Position numbers and translations under genes: made by a program | Part shown: piece by piece, positions 7,768 to 16,121 of the stretch | How positions within the stretch are numbered: position 1 is the stretch's first letter | Layout of the letters: the number at the start of each line of letters is the position of its first letter | From: Candidatus Hadarchaeales archaeon | GTDB taxonomy: Archaea; Hadarchaeota; Hadarchaeia; Hadarchaeales; Hadarchaeaceae | NCBI GenBank assembly: GCA_038823825.1 | Contig: JAWBCC010000002.1 | Coordinates: forward strand, 210,001-242,000 | DNA: 32,000 nt | Direction of reading: 5' to 3' | The notes under the pieces: model-generated | What the model saw: only the letters and a program-made list of their open reading frames with translations | The model's database searches: none | Told to the model about the DNA's origin: nothing

Positions 7768-9525
7768 ATGATGGGAAAAATCCTCAGAATAACCGGACCA
7801 GTTGTCATCGCAGAAGGCATGGAAGGTTCAAAGATGTATGAAATGGTCAGGGTGGGTGAGGAGGGTTTGATAGGAGAAATAATCGGTCTTCAGGGCGGAA
7901 AGGCGGTTATTCAGGTTTATGAGGAGACTACCGGCATCCGACCGGGTGAAAAGGTTGAAGGAACCGGCTCACCGCTCTCGGTAGAACTGGGTCCTGGACT
8001 CGCTAGTTCAATATACGACGGCATACAAAGACCGCTGGAGGTCATCAAATCCCAGGTCGGAGATTTCATCGTTCGGGGAGTTTCAGCTCCAGCTCTTCCG
8101 CGGGATAAGAAATGGGAATTCGTGCCTAAAGTGAAAAAAGGTCAAGAAATAAAAGAGGGTTTTATAATCGGAACCGTAAAGGAAACAGAAATCGTTGAGC
8201 ACAGAATTCTCGTTCCACCCGGGATAAGCGGCACCGTCAGGGAGATATATGATGGACGTTTTAGCGTGGAAGAGCCCATTTGCATTTTGAAGACAACAGA
8301 AGGGGAGACAGAGCTTAAAATGATGCAAAAATGGCCAGTCAGGAGACCGAGACCCTACAAGAAGAAACTCGAACCGGAAGAACCGTTGATAACTGGTCAG
8401 AGAGTTGCAGACATTTTCTTCCCCGTAGCCAAGGGAGGCACCGTTGCGGTTCCAGGAGGTTTTGGGACGGGCAAAACTGTGTTTCTTCATCAAGTGGCGA
8501 AGTGGGCCGCCGCCGACATAGTTGTTTACGTTGGTTGTGGTGAGAGGGGAAACGAGATGTGTGATGTTTTAGTTCACTTTCCAAAACTGAAAGATCCGAG
8601 AAGCGGGAGATCTCTAATGGAGCGGACGATTCTTGTTGCGAACACCTCAAACATGCCGGTCGCCGCTAGAGAGGCAAGCGTGTATACCGGAATAACGATA
8701 GCCGAATATTTCCGAGACATGGGCTACGATGTTGTTCTGATGGCAGACTCGACCTCACGATGGGCGGAGGCGATGAGGGAGATATCAGGTAGGCTTGAGG
8801 AAATGCCTGGAGAAGAGGGATATCCAGCTTATCTGGCTTCCCGTCTTGCAGAATTCTACGAGAGAGCCGGACGCGTGATAACACTCTCCGATATAGAGGG
8901 CTCTGTCACGGTTCTCGGCGCGGTTTCCCCGCCTGGTGGTGACTTCTCCGAGCCAGTCACCCAGAATACGCTCAGAATCGTAAAGGTTCTTTGGGCTCTG
9001 GACGCTTCTCTTGCCGACAGGAGGCACTTCCCCGCTGTTCATTGGCTGAGGAGCTATTCTTTCTATGTTGACCAAGTGGCAGACTGGTGGAAGAAAAACT
9101 TCGGGGAGGATTGGAGAGTCATGAGAGAGGAAGCAATGGCGCTTCTTCAGAAGGAGGCGGAACTCCAAGAGATCGTTAGGCTTGTTGGCCCGGACGCTCT
9201 GCCCGAACACGATAGAGCTCTTCTCGAGTCTGCAAGAATGTTGAGGGAGGATTTCCTTCAACAATTCGCTTTTCACGAAGTAGACAGCTTCTGTATGCCG
9301 GAGAAGCAAATCGGAATGTTCAAAATAATTCTCATGTTCCATCGTTTGAGCCTTGATGCGGTTTCACGCGGAATTCCGTTGGAAAAAATATCATCTCTTC
9401 CCGTGCGTTTGAGAATCGCAGATATGAAGAGGATACCGATTGACAAATGGGAGACAGAGTTCAGGAAGATTGAAAGAGAAGTTAAAGAGCAGTTCAACAG
9501 TCTGTTTGAGGGTGTGAAATCTTGA
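7768..9525 (+). CDS. atpA: A/V-type ATP synthase catalytic subunit A
   Basis: [16 protein letters not shown] at the N-terminus, Walker [11 protein letters not shown], and GERGNEM. Length is about 585 aa, so there is no room for an intein. Start candidates are GTG 7762, ATG 7768 and ATG 7771, with the SD GGTGA at 7761-7765. Confidence 0.95.
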   Translation: MMGKILRITGPVVIAEGMEGSKMYEMVRVGEEGLIGEIIGLQGGKAVIQVYEETTGIRPGEKVEGTGSPLSVELGPGLASSIYDGIQRPLEVIKSQVGDFIVRGVSAPALPRDKKWEFVPKVKKGQEIKEGFIIGTVKETEIVEHRILVPPGISGTVREIYDGRFSVEEPICILKTTEGETELKMMQKWPVRRPRPYKKKLEPEEPLITGQRVADIFFPVAKGGTVAVPGGFGTGKTVFLHQVAKWAAADIVVYVGCGERGNEMCDVLVHFPKLKDPRSGRSLMERTILVANTSNMPVAAREASVYTGITIAEYFRDMGYDVVLMADSTSRWAEAMREISGRLEEMPGEEGYPAYLASRLAEFYERAGRVITLSDIEGSVTVLGAVSPPGGDFSEPVTQNTLRIVKVLWALDASLADRRHFPAVHWLRSYSFYVDQVADWWKKNFGEDWRVMREEAMALLQKEAELQEIVRLVGPDALPEHDRALLESARMLREDFLQQFAFHEVDSFCMPEKQIGMFKIILMFHRLSLDAVSRGIPLEKISSLPVRLRIADMKRIPIDKWETEFRKIEREVKEQFNSLFEGVKS

Positions 9526-10961
9526 GAAGCATTGAGTATGCAACCGTCAGGGAAGTTTCCGGTCCTCTGATAGTCGTAGAGGGAATCAAGGGCGCGGCTT
9601 ACGGAGAAGTCGTTGAGATCGTAACGCCATCTGGTGAGGTGAAACGCGGACAGGTTCTCGATTCATACAGTGACAGAGCAGTTGTTCAGGTTTACGAAGG
9701 AACCTCCGGAATAGACACGGTTAAAACGAGGGTGAGATTTACAGGGGAAACGATTAAACTCGGTGTGGGTCTCGAACTCTTGGGAAGAATCTTTAACGGA
9801 AGAGGAGACCCGATAGACGGTGGCCCGAGGCCAATCGCTGAGGATGTGTGGGATGTCTACGCTCCACCCATGAATCCGGCCTCACGCGAATATCCGAGCG
9901 AATTCATTCAAACCGGAATCTCCGCAATAGACGGGATGAACACTCTGGTCAGAGGACAAAAGTTGCCAATTTTTTCGGGTTCCGGTTTACCGCACAACCA
10001 ACTTGCAGCGCAGATAGCCAGGCAGGCCAGAGTTTTGGGAGAGGAAGAGAGATTCGCCGTAGTTTTCTGCGGGATAGGGATCACTCATGAAGAGGCAGCC
10101 TTCTTCATCAAAGAGCTCCAAACTAGTCTCGAGAGATCTGTGGTTTTTCTGAATTTAGCGAATGATCCGGCGATTGAGCGTATTTTAACACCGAGACTTG
10201 CTTTGACCGCCGCAGAATATCTTGCTTTCAAGCAACAAATGCATGTTTTAGTGATTCTTACAAACATCACAAACTATTGTGAGGCTCTTCGTGAAATTTC
10301 CGCGGCAAGGCATGAGGTCCCTGGGAGAAGGGGGTATCCAGGGTATATGTACACAGACTTGGCGTCAATTTACGAAAGGGCAGGAAGGATAAGAGGAAGA
10401 AAAGGTTCTGTGACCCAGCTCCCCATCCTCACGATGCCTGGTGATGACATAACCCATCCAATCCCAGATCTGACTGGATACATCACGGAGGGCCAAATAG
10501 TTTTTGACAGAGAACTTCACCATAAAGGGATATACCCCCCAATAAACGTTCTTCCCTCTCTTTCGAGGTTGATGAAGGATGGAATTGGTAAGGGTAAAAC
10601 AAGAGAAGATCACGCAGATCTCTCAAGTCAGCTATACGCGGCCTACGCGGAAGGAAGAGACATAAGATCTTTCGTGGCAATTGTCGGGGAGGAAGCCTTG
10701 ACGGACAGAGATAGAAAATATCTTCAGTTTGCGGATAACTTCGAGAGGAAATTCGTTAATCAGGGAGTTTATGAGAACAGACCGATCGAAGTGACTCTAG
10801 ATCTCGGCTGGGAACTCCTTCGCCTATTGCCTGAGAGCGAACTCAAAAGGATAGACCCAGAACTCAGGAAGAAGTATCTTCACAGGTTTGAAGAAAGCGC
10901 TCAGAACTCAAGATCTTCATCATCTGGATCAGACAAGCCAAGTTCCTCATCGCGCACTTAA
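9522..10961 (+). CDS. atpB: A/V-type ATP synthase subunit B
   Basis: [28 protein letters not shown] and [21 protein letters not shown]. The TTG start overlaps the atpA stop as TTGA, and GAGGGTG lies 8 nt upstream. The last ~20 aa form a Ser-rich tail. Confidence 0.95.
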   Translation: MRSIEYATVREVSGPLIVVEGIKGAAYGEVVEIVTPSGEVKRGQVLDSYSDRAVVQVYEGTSGIDTVKTRVRFTGETIKLGVGLELLGRIFNGRGDPIDGGPRPIAEDVWDVYAPPMNPASREYPSEFIQTGISAIDGMNTLVRGQKLPIFSGSGLPHNQLAAQIARQARVLGEEERFAVVFCGIGITHEEAAFFIKELQTSLERSVVFLNLANDPAIERILTPRLALTAAEYLAFKQQMHVLVILTNITNYCEALREISAARHEVPGRRGYPGYMYTDLASIYERAGRIRGRKGSVTQLPILTMPGDDITHPIPDLTGYITEGQIVFDRELHHKGIYPPINVLPSLSRLMKDGIGKGKTREDHADLSSQLYAAYAEGRDIRSFVAIVGEEALTDRDRKYLQFADNFERKFVNQGVYENRPIEVTLDLGWELLRLLPESELKRIDPELRKKYLHRFEESAQNSRSSSSGSDKPSSSSRT

Positions 10962-10988
10962 ATTTCGATTTTCCAGATTTTATCCCTT

Positions 10989-12098
10989 TCATTCGATGTT
11001 TTCGATCAGTTTGGCAACACGTTCAAGAGAACTCGCATATCTCTTTCTGTGCTCCTTCAGAAAGTCGAGGAGGAGTTCTATAGCCATCTGCTTGCATTCC
11101 CCGCAGATCATTTTCCCGTTCATGCACATCTCTCTGATTTCAAGAAGTTTCTCATCGCTGGGTATCAAGTGATAGAAATATAGATCGAAAACTCTACATA
11201 TGTCCGGATTTCCTCCTTTTTCTCTTTGTTCTCTGGCCGTTGGCTTTCCACCGGTGAACGCATTCATGATCTTTCTCCTCACGGTTTCGTCGTCGTCTGT
11301 GAGAAACACAGCGCTTTCTGGTTTACTGCTTGACATTTTCTCCTCGATCAGCCCCGGCAAGAGTTTGTGATAGGTTGCTGATGGAGGAATGAATCCAAAA
11401 TCTCTCTGGAATCTATTTGCTATATCTCTCGCCAGTCTTATGTGTGGGTCTTGATCGATTCCGACCGGAATGACCGTCGGTATCGGTCCGCAGAATTCGG
11501 GTAGTTGGGGGTGAAGGATGTCCGCCACGTCGATGATCGGATAGTATATCGAGGAAAGGCTGGATTCTCCGGAAAATCCGTAGATCGCCCTTAACTCGCT
11601 GAAGTTGACTTTTTTGGAGAGGAGGAAGGCGAGTTTCTTGACATGCTCATCCGTTGACTGAAAGTAAACGCGGCATCTCGAGAGATCAAGTCCTAAAGCA
11701 TCGTAGTTGGCCAGATATTCTTCGATCGCTATTTTTCTAGCTTCCTCAAGCGATAGATCTCTCGCAGAATATGCCTCTAAATCGGCGACACAGAGAAATA
11801 TCTTTGAACCTTTTATCTTCGAGTACCAGATGAGCTGATCTATCACCATTTTGTGGCCGAGGTGCATCTTTCCGCTCGGCATCAGACCCGTCATGACCGC
11901 GAACTCTTCTCCGCGTAAGATTTTTTCCAAAATTCTTCGAAAATCTCTGTGGCCGAAAATTATCTTTCTCCTCATTATAGTCATTGGGTTTGGGATATCT
12001 GGAAGGAGTTCCTCAAATGGGGATATTCCAAACTCCTCCATTAGCCTCGCATAGTTCTCCGGAAGTGTGGCCTGCCAAGGATCGATTCTGACCGGCAT
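10989..12098 (-). CDS. trpS: tryptophanyl-tRNA synthetase (archaeal/eukaryotic type)
   Basis: Class I motifs are present: the HIGH-like SGKMHLGH and the KMSKS-like KMSSSKP. The N-terminus has DPW...LMEEFGISPF and the product is 369 aa. The ATG follows the endA TGA with no spacer. Confidence 0.88.
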   Translation of the reverse strand: MPVRIDPWQATLPENYARLMEEFGISPFEELLPDIPNPMTIMRRKIIFGHRDFRRILEKILRGEEFAVMTGLMPSGKMHLGHKMVIDQLIWYSKIKGSKIFLCVADLEAYSARDLSLEEARKIAIEEYLANYDALGLDLSRCRVYFQSTDEHVKKLAFLLSKKVNFSELRAIYGFSGESSLSSIYYPIIDVADILHPQLPEFCGPIPTVIPVGIDQDPHIRLARDIANRFQRDFGFIPPSATYHKLLPGLIEEKMSSSKPESAVFLTDDDETVRRKIMNAFTGGKPTAREQREKGGNPDICRVFDLYFYHLIPSDEKLLEIREMCMNGKMICGECKQMAIELLLDFLKEHRKRYASSLERVAKLIENIE

Positions 12099-12626
12099 TC
12101 AGAGCCGCTCCCTGTTTAACGAATAGTATGTTACGTCTCCCTCATCATCGACGATGGCATATAATATTTTTTTACGCACGCTTTGCGCCACTCTGACGTC
12201 GCCAGAGATATCGCTTACACTAAACCTGGCGTGCTCCGGGACTACTCTCACCAAGAATTTCGAGTGAGATTCCGGCGGTTTTTCTCCTTTCTCATAAACT
12301 CTGAAGTGTGCTCCAAACTTTAAGCCTGTTCTTACTATGTATCCTCTGCCGCGCAAGTCTGAGTATGCCGCGTACTTAAGTGGAAGTAGTTTGTCTTTTT
12401 TCGAAAATTTAGCCATCAGCTGATTGAAATCTAACTTCTCTCCGCGTTCGTAAACTTCGAGCTTTCCCTTCTCAACGAGGAATAGGGTTTCAACAGGCGC
12501 GAGCTGTAATTTTCCATCTCCAAGAAGTTTTCCGAAGAATCCCTTCTGATATATCCTGTTTGCCGCGAGGTTATCCGCAACGATCACGCGGTCGCCACAA
12601 AGTTCTCCTTTCGCGATTTCCTCCAT
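12099..12626 (-). CDS. endA: tRNA-splicing endonuclease, short (alpha4 homotetramer-type) subunit
   Basis: YAAYSDLRGRGYIVRTGLKFGAHFRVYEKG...SHSKFLVRVVPE...VRVAQSVRKKILYAIVD closely parallels M. jannaschii EndA (YKDLRTRGYIVKTGLKYGADFRLYERG...HSVYLVKV...VRVAHSVRKKLLIAIVD). The product is 175 aa. Confidence 0.93.
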   Translation of the reverse strand: MEEIAKGELCGDRVIVADNLAANRIYQKGFFGKLLGDGKLQLAPVETLFLVEKGKLEVYERGEKLDFNQLMAKFSKKDKLLPLKYAAYSDLRGRGYIVRTGLKFGAHFRVYEKGEKPPESHSKFLVRVVPEHARFSVSDISGDVRVAQSVRKKILYAIVDDEGDVTYYSLNRERL

Positions 12627-12629
12627 TTT

Positions 12630-14135
12630 TCATCCCTGAGCGGTTTCCTTTTGTTTGCTCGTCTCGCTCTTTAACGAATTCCAGTAGTACAGATTATATA
12701 CGCATCCCGGATCGGGCCCGCTAACGTCTCCGTAATATCCGTACGCTCTTGCCCGACATCCACCGCAGACAAACCTATACTCGCAGTTTCCACATCCTAA
12801 AAGGGCATTTCTATTCCTGAGTTTCCACAAGACTTCGGATTTTTCCCAAATCTCCTTCAAATCGTCAGTTTTTATGTTTCCAAGCTTGATTGGCATGAAA
12901 ACACAAGGGGTAATATCTCCGTTCGGCTCTAGCCCGCAGTAAAGTCTCCCTGCTCCACATCCTCCGAGGAAGTCTGCGAGGCTTTCGGTTTTTCCGCGCA
13001 GAGCTTGTAAGAGTCCTTCTGATGTGAAGTGGGTTGCGACGATCCCTCCATATGCTGAAACAACATTTCCGTAGAGTCCGCAAGCAAATTTTAGAGAGAC
13101 GACGGAGTACTGTGGTGCGGTTGAGTAGCAAATGAGTCCACCATTGCTGTTTATCATCTTCAGGTAGAGGAACTTTAGGAGTTCTTCCCTTTCTTCCGGT
13201 TCGAGGTCCTGCTCCACGATTTCTTTTCCTCTGCCAACCGGGACATAGTTAAATATTATCACCCTTTTCACGCCCAGCTCCTTTTCTGCGAAATCAACGA
13301 GCTGGGGGATCTCCCGATAGTTCATTTTCGTTGCCGTGATAGCTACGCAGGTGTCAATGCCCTCCGCCACACAATTTTTTATACCCTCGCATGTCTTCCT
13401 CCAAACGCCTGGAATTCCGCGGAACTCGTCGTGGGTCTTCTCTATCCCATCAAGCGAAATCTCCACGTAGTCAAAGATTTCTTTGACTTTTTTTGCAACG
13501 TCCGGCGTTATCAGAGTTCCGTTCGTTGCCATAGAGACGAAAAATCCCTTTTCCTTCGCGTAGCCAGCTACCTCCCAGATATCCTTGCGAACGAGTGGTT
13601 CTCCACCGGAAAATGCTATGGCAACGACTCCGGCTTCCTCAAACTGATCGATCACTCGTTTTGCTTCCTCTGTCGTCAGCTCATCGCTCGCTTGACCTCC
13701 TCCCGCGTTCTCATAGCAGTGCTTACACCAGAGGTTACAGGCGCGCGTGTAGTTCCAAACGACAAGAAACGGGGAAGCAGATGTGAAGGGGCGCTCTGCT
13801 CCAAATTTCGCTATTCCCTCGAGAACGTTCACCATCCCCCGTCTTATCACGGGGTCTCTGAGATGTTTTTTGAGCTCTTCCTCCGGATATCCGAAAGCTG
13901 TGGCTCCTCTCTTTATGACGGTTTTTACAACAATCGATGCCAGCCTGTCGCGGATGTCTGCGTCTGTTTTCTCACCAATGTATGCTCTGATAGCCTTGTC
14001 CAGCCTACTACCACCTTTTCTACTTTTGCCGCAAACGAATCGTAGGGCAAATCTGGAAAGGGGATTGTTTAACCACCTCTGGACGGATTGGACGATTACT
14101 TCTTCCCTTCCAACTTGCGATTCCACGGATCCCAT
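12630..14135 (-). CDS. radical SAM enzyme with C-terminal SPASM domain and ~110-aa N-terminal extension
   Basis: The CxxxCxxC cluster is CNLWCKHC, followed by GGEPL. The C-terminus is Cys-rich (CGAGRLYCGLEPNGDITPC...GCGNCEYRFVCGGCRARAY), which is typical of SPASM. A TATA-like CTTATATAG sits on the minus strand at 14157-14165, about 26 nt before the ATG, suggesting a leaderless transcript. Confidence 0.85.
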   Translation of the reverse strand: MGSVESQVGREEVIVQSVQRWLNNPLSRFALRFVCGKSRKGGSRLDKAIRAYIGEKTDADIRDRLASIVVKTVIKRGATAFGYPEEELKKHLRDPVIRRGMVNVLEGIAKFGAERPFTSASPFLVVWNYTRACNLWCKHCYENAGGGQASDELTTEEAKRVIDQFEEAGVVAIAFSGGEPLVRKDIWEVAGYAKEKGFFVSMATNGTLITPDVAKKVKEIFDYVEISLDGIEKTHDEFRGIPGVWRKTCEGIKNCVAEGIDTCVAITATKMNYREIPQLVDFAEKELGVKRVIIFNYVPVGRGKEIVEQDLEPEEREELLKFLYLKMINSNGGLICYSTAPQYSVVSLKFACGLYGNVVSAYGGIVATHFTSEGLLQALRGKTESLADFLGGCGAGRLYCGLEPNGDITPCVFMPIKLGNIKTDDLKEIWEKSEVLWKLRNRNALLGCGNCEYRFVCGGCRARAYGYYGDVSGPDPGCVYNLYYWNSLKSETSKQKETAQG

Positions 14136-14214
14136 CGTTTGACTTTTCTCCGGCAGCTATATAAGCCCGTTCGTGTTTAATTATTATTGGGGCGGTCACG
14201 CTAATAGAGCGGCG

Positions 14215-14288
14215 AGCCGAGACGATGAGGAGAATTTAAAAGCCGAGACTCTTTTGCTTGTCGAGGAAGAGTCACCTCCAGCCGAGTC
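14215..14288. repeat. three direct copies of AGCCGAG(A/T)C in the divergent intergenic region
   Basis: AGCCGAGAC occurs at 14215-14223 and 14241-14249, and AGCCGAGTC at 14280-14288. A perfect 7-bp hairpin GACTCTT/AAGAGTC (14246-14252 / 14267-14273) lies between copies 2 and 3. Confidence 0.3.
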
Positions 14289-14363
14289 GGTGTGGCCCGT
14301 CGCTCAAATCATATTAGCTTTTTATTTTAGATTTTCTGCGGAGAAAAATATGGGGTGAGGAGG

Positions 14364-14477
14364 GTGCCGAAGTGCTCTGCTTGCGGGAAAAACGTGAAGG
14401 ATCCGGAGAAAATAACAACTTGCTCTGGATGCGGAAAAAGGCTTTGCATATCCTGTTTTTCCAAACACAAATGTTGA
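14364..14477 (+). CDS. 37-aa Cys-rich zinc-finger micro-protein (below the ORF-track length cut-off)
   Basis: GTG at 14364 is preceded by GGTGAGGAGG (14354-14363). Translation is (M)PKCSACGKNVKDPEKITTCSGCGKRLCISCFSKHKC with stop TGA at 14475-14477. The ligand pattern is CxxC-x12-CxxC-x4-CxxC-x3-HxC. An AT-rich box lies at about 14318-14329 and a T-run follows at 14535-14556. Confidence 0.55.
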   Translation: MPKCSACGKNVKDPEKITTCSGCGKRLCISCFSKHKC

Positions 14478-14534
14478 AAGCCACAGATGTCGCTTATGGG
14501 CAAAAATTATCAGAATAGGTCAGGAAATATTCTA

Positions 14535-14556
14535 GTTTTTCTTTCTTTTTTGGTTT
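14535..14556 (+). terminator. oligo-T tract, candidate archaeal terminator after the micro-ORF
   Basis: The sequence is TTTTTCTTTCTTTTTTGGTTT, 58 nt after the micro-ORF stop and upstream of the speH promoter region (AAAATAAAATAATTTT at about 14584-14599). Confidence 0.3.
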
Positions 14557-14629
14557 ATTGAGAAAATCTTTTTAAGTTTCGCGAAAATAAAATAATTTTG
14601 GCGTGATGGCGTGAAAGCGGTAATGTGGG

Positions 14630-15025
14630 GTGGTGGGCATGGGGCTCCACATTATCGCCGAATTCTTAGGGGTGAAAGAGGAGAAAATTGCAACAATAAA
14701 GCAATTGAAGCCGATAGTAGAGAGAGTAGTGAAGAAAAGCGGTTTAAACGTGGTTTCTTCGGCATATCATCAGTTTAAGCCGTATGGAGTCACCTGCGTT
14801 TATCTTTTGATGGAATCGCATCTGGCGATTCACACTTGGCCAGAAGTTTGCTACATGGCTGTGGATATCTTTACATGTGGGAAAAATCGGAAAGCAAAGG
14901 AGACGCTCGAGTTGTTGAGAAAGGAGTTTTCTCCGAAAAAGGTGAAGATGAAGATCATAGGGAGGCTTGAGTATGAGAAGCTACTCGAGAGAAAAGAAAA
15001 TTCTGCGAGAGCTGGCGGGAGGTAA
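14630..15025 (+). CDS. speH: S-adenosylmethionine decarboxylase proenzyme (pyruvoyl, small archaeal/bacterial class)
   Basis: GLHIIAEFLGV...YGVTCVYLLMESHLAIHTWPEVCYMAVDIFTCG contains the self-cleavage E-S site and the HTWPE motif. ATG at 14639 is a likelier start than GTG at 14630. Confidence 0.9.
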   Translation: MVGMGLHIIAEFLGVKEEKIATIKQLKPIVERVVKKSGLNVVSSAYHQFKPYGVTCVYLLMESHLAIHTWPEVCYMAVDIFTCGKNRKAKETLELLRKEFSPKKVKMKIIGRLEYEKLLERKENSARAGGR

Positions 15026-15989
15026 GAAGACTCTTTGGGAGCTTCTCGCGTCGTATCATTGGACTCTGCGAGACTTCATCTCTGATATAAACAGACTCTA
15101 TGACGAGGGGAAGATCTCGACGGATGGGAAGTATATATATCTCAAGGAAAAAATTGGGGCAGATGGTTTTAGCTCGATTGTGTGCCCGAAATGTGATGGA
15201 AGACGTGTTCTTCCAAAAAATCATGTTTTTATAGAGAAAAGATTTAAACGGTTGCTCAGGGATAGGCCTAAACCGGAGGTCAAGTTTTTCCAAGGATATA
15301 TGCGCCCCGAGGATGTTCTAGCCCGAATTGCTTTGATGGATATGTATGGTGACGTGGAGGGAAAGTCAATAATCCTGATCGGAGATGACGACCTTGTGAG
15401 CTTGGCCCTGGCCCTGACGGGACTCCCAGAGAGAATCGTTGTGTTGGATATTGATGAGAGATTGGGAGAATTCATGCGGAAGGCTTTGCGTGAGGATGGG
15501 GTAAAGTCGGTGGAGTTTATACATCATGATGTCGCGGAGCCTCTTCCAAAAGATTTGAGACGGAAGTTCGATGTTTTTGTCACAGACCCGCTCGAGACGG
15601 TTTCTGGGCTCAAGGCTTTCCTATGCAGAGCCGCTTGTGCTCTCAAACCTACGGATTCAGCCGGATATTTCGGTTTGACAACGCTCGAGGCTTCGCCAAA
15701 AAAATGGCTTTGGGTTCAGGGACTTCTCTACAGAATGAATCTTGCGATCACAGATGCCGTGAGGGAGCACTCGAGCTATCCTACCCAAGATTACCACATA
15801 GGTTTTCCGTACGAGGAGCCAATTCTGAAGAAGTTGAAGTTTAAGTATGAGCTTCCGCCGGATGTCTCTTGGTATAAATCGACATTTTTCAGGGCTGAGG
15901 CTGTCGGAAAAGTTAGACCGATTCATTGTTCGAAGCACATCCGCGTGAGGGTTTGGGACGAGGATGACATAACCTGGCCGAATCGTTAG
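14967..15989 (+). CDS. bpsA: N4-bis(aminopropyl)spermidine synthase-like (DUF43, branched-chain polyamine synthase)
   Basis: FFQGYMRPEDVLARIALMDMYGDVEGKSIILIGDDDLVSLALALTGLPERIVVLDIDERL...FDVFVTDPLETVSGLKAF...WYKSTFFRAE matches my recollection of Thermococcus BpsA (GDDDL, VLDIDERL, TDPPETV, WYKS). It overlaps speH by 59 nt, and no in-frame start exists downstream of the speH stop. Confidence 0.8.
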   Translation: MSMRSYSREKKILRELAGGKKTLWELLASYHWTLRDFISDINRLYDEGKISTDGKYIYLKEKIGADGFSSIVCPKCDGRRVLPKNHVFIEKRFKRLLRDRPKPEVKFFQGYMRPEDVLARIALMDMYGDVEGKSIILIGDDDLVSLALALTGLPERIVVLDIDERLGEFMRKALREDGVKSVEFIHHDVAEPLPKDLRRKFDVFVTDPLETVSGLKAFLCRAACALKPTDSAGYFGLTTLEASPKKWLWVQGLLYRMNLAITDAVREHSSYPTQDYHIGFPYEEPILKKLKFKYELPPDVSWYKSTFFRAEAVGKVRPIHCSKHIRVRVWDEDDITWPNR

Positions 15990-15992
15990 CAA

Positions 15993-16005
15993 GTTTCGTT
16001 TTTTG
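15993..16005 (+). terminator. oligo-T tract after bpsA
   Basis: GTTTCGTTTTTTG begins 4 nt after the bpsA stop. Confidence 0.3.
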
Positions 16006-16121
16006 CTGGAGATAATTAGACGCAGGATGTGTTGGGAGATCCACCCTCTTTAACTCGCTTTGCCGAAACCATACCTCCAGAATACTCAAAAAGATGATAA
16101 AGGGGAATTCAATGCCGGCAG

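Noticed and set aside
8785-9342. 185-aa antisense ORF, plus those at 8083-8493 and 8339-8650, within atpA
   Set aside because: atpA is unambiguous (Walker A, full-length homology pattern). The antisense frames are typical shadow ORFs with no start context.
7762-9525. Possible intein in the ATPase catalytic subunit A
   Set aside because: The product is about 585 aa and colinear with intein-free AtpA. There is no insertion after the P-loop region.
10890-10961. Ser-rich C-terminal tail of AtpB ([21 protein letters not shown])
   Set aside because: It is real in the sequence, but it is a short low-complexity extension with no evident function. It is probably a lineage-specific disordered tail, so I did not promote it to a finding.
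13431-14045. 204-aa plus-strand ORF opposite the radical SAM gene
   Set aside because: It is a shadow of the rSAM/SPASM coding frame, which carries the CxxxCxxC and SPASM Cys motifs. The shadow ORF has no motifs of its own.
14173-14358. 61-aa ORF (MFNYYWGGHANRAAS...) in the rSAM/micro-ORF intergenic region
   Set aside because: It has no SD and its sequence is odd and low-complexity. It spans promoter elements and the AGCCGAGAC repeats. The region is more plausibly regulatory or non-coding.
14601-14625. GGCGTGATGGCGTGAAAGCGG upstream of speH, considered as a box C (GUGAUGG)-like element of a C/D sRNA
   Set aside because: It has no matching box D (CUGA), no C'/D' pair and no terminal stem within a plausible 50-70 nt. 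It is more likely part of the speH 5' region.
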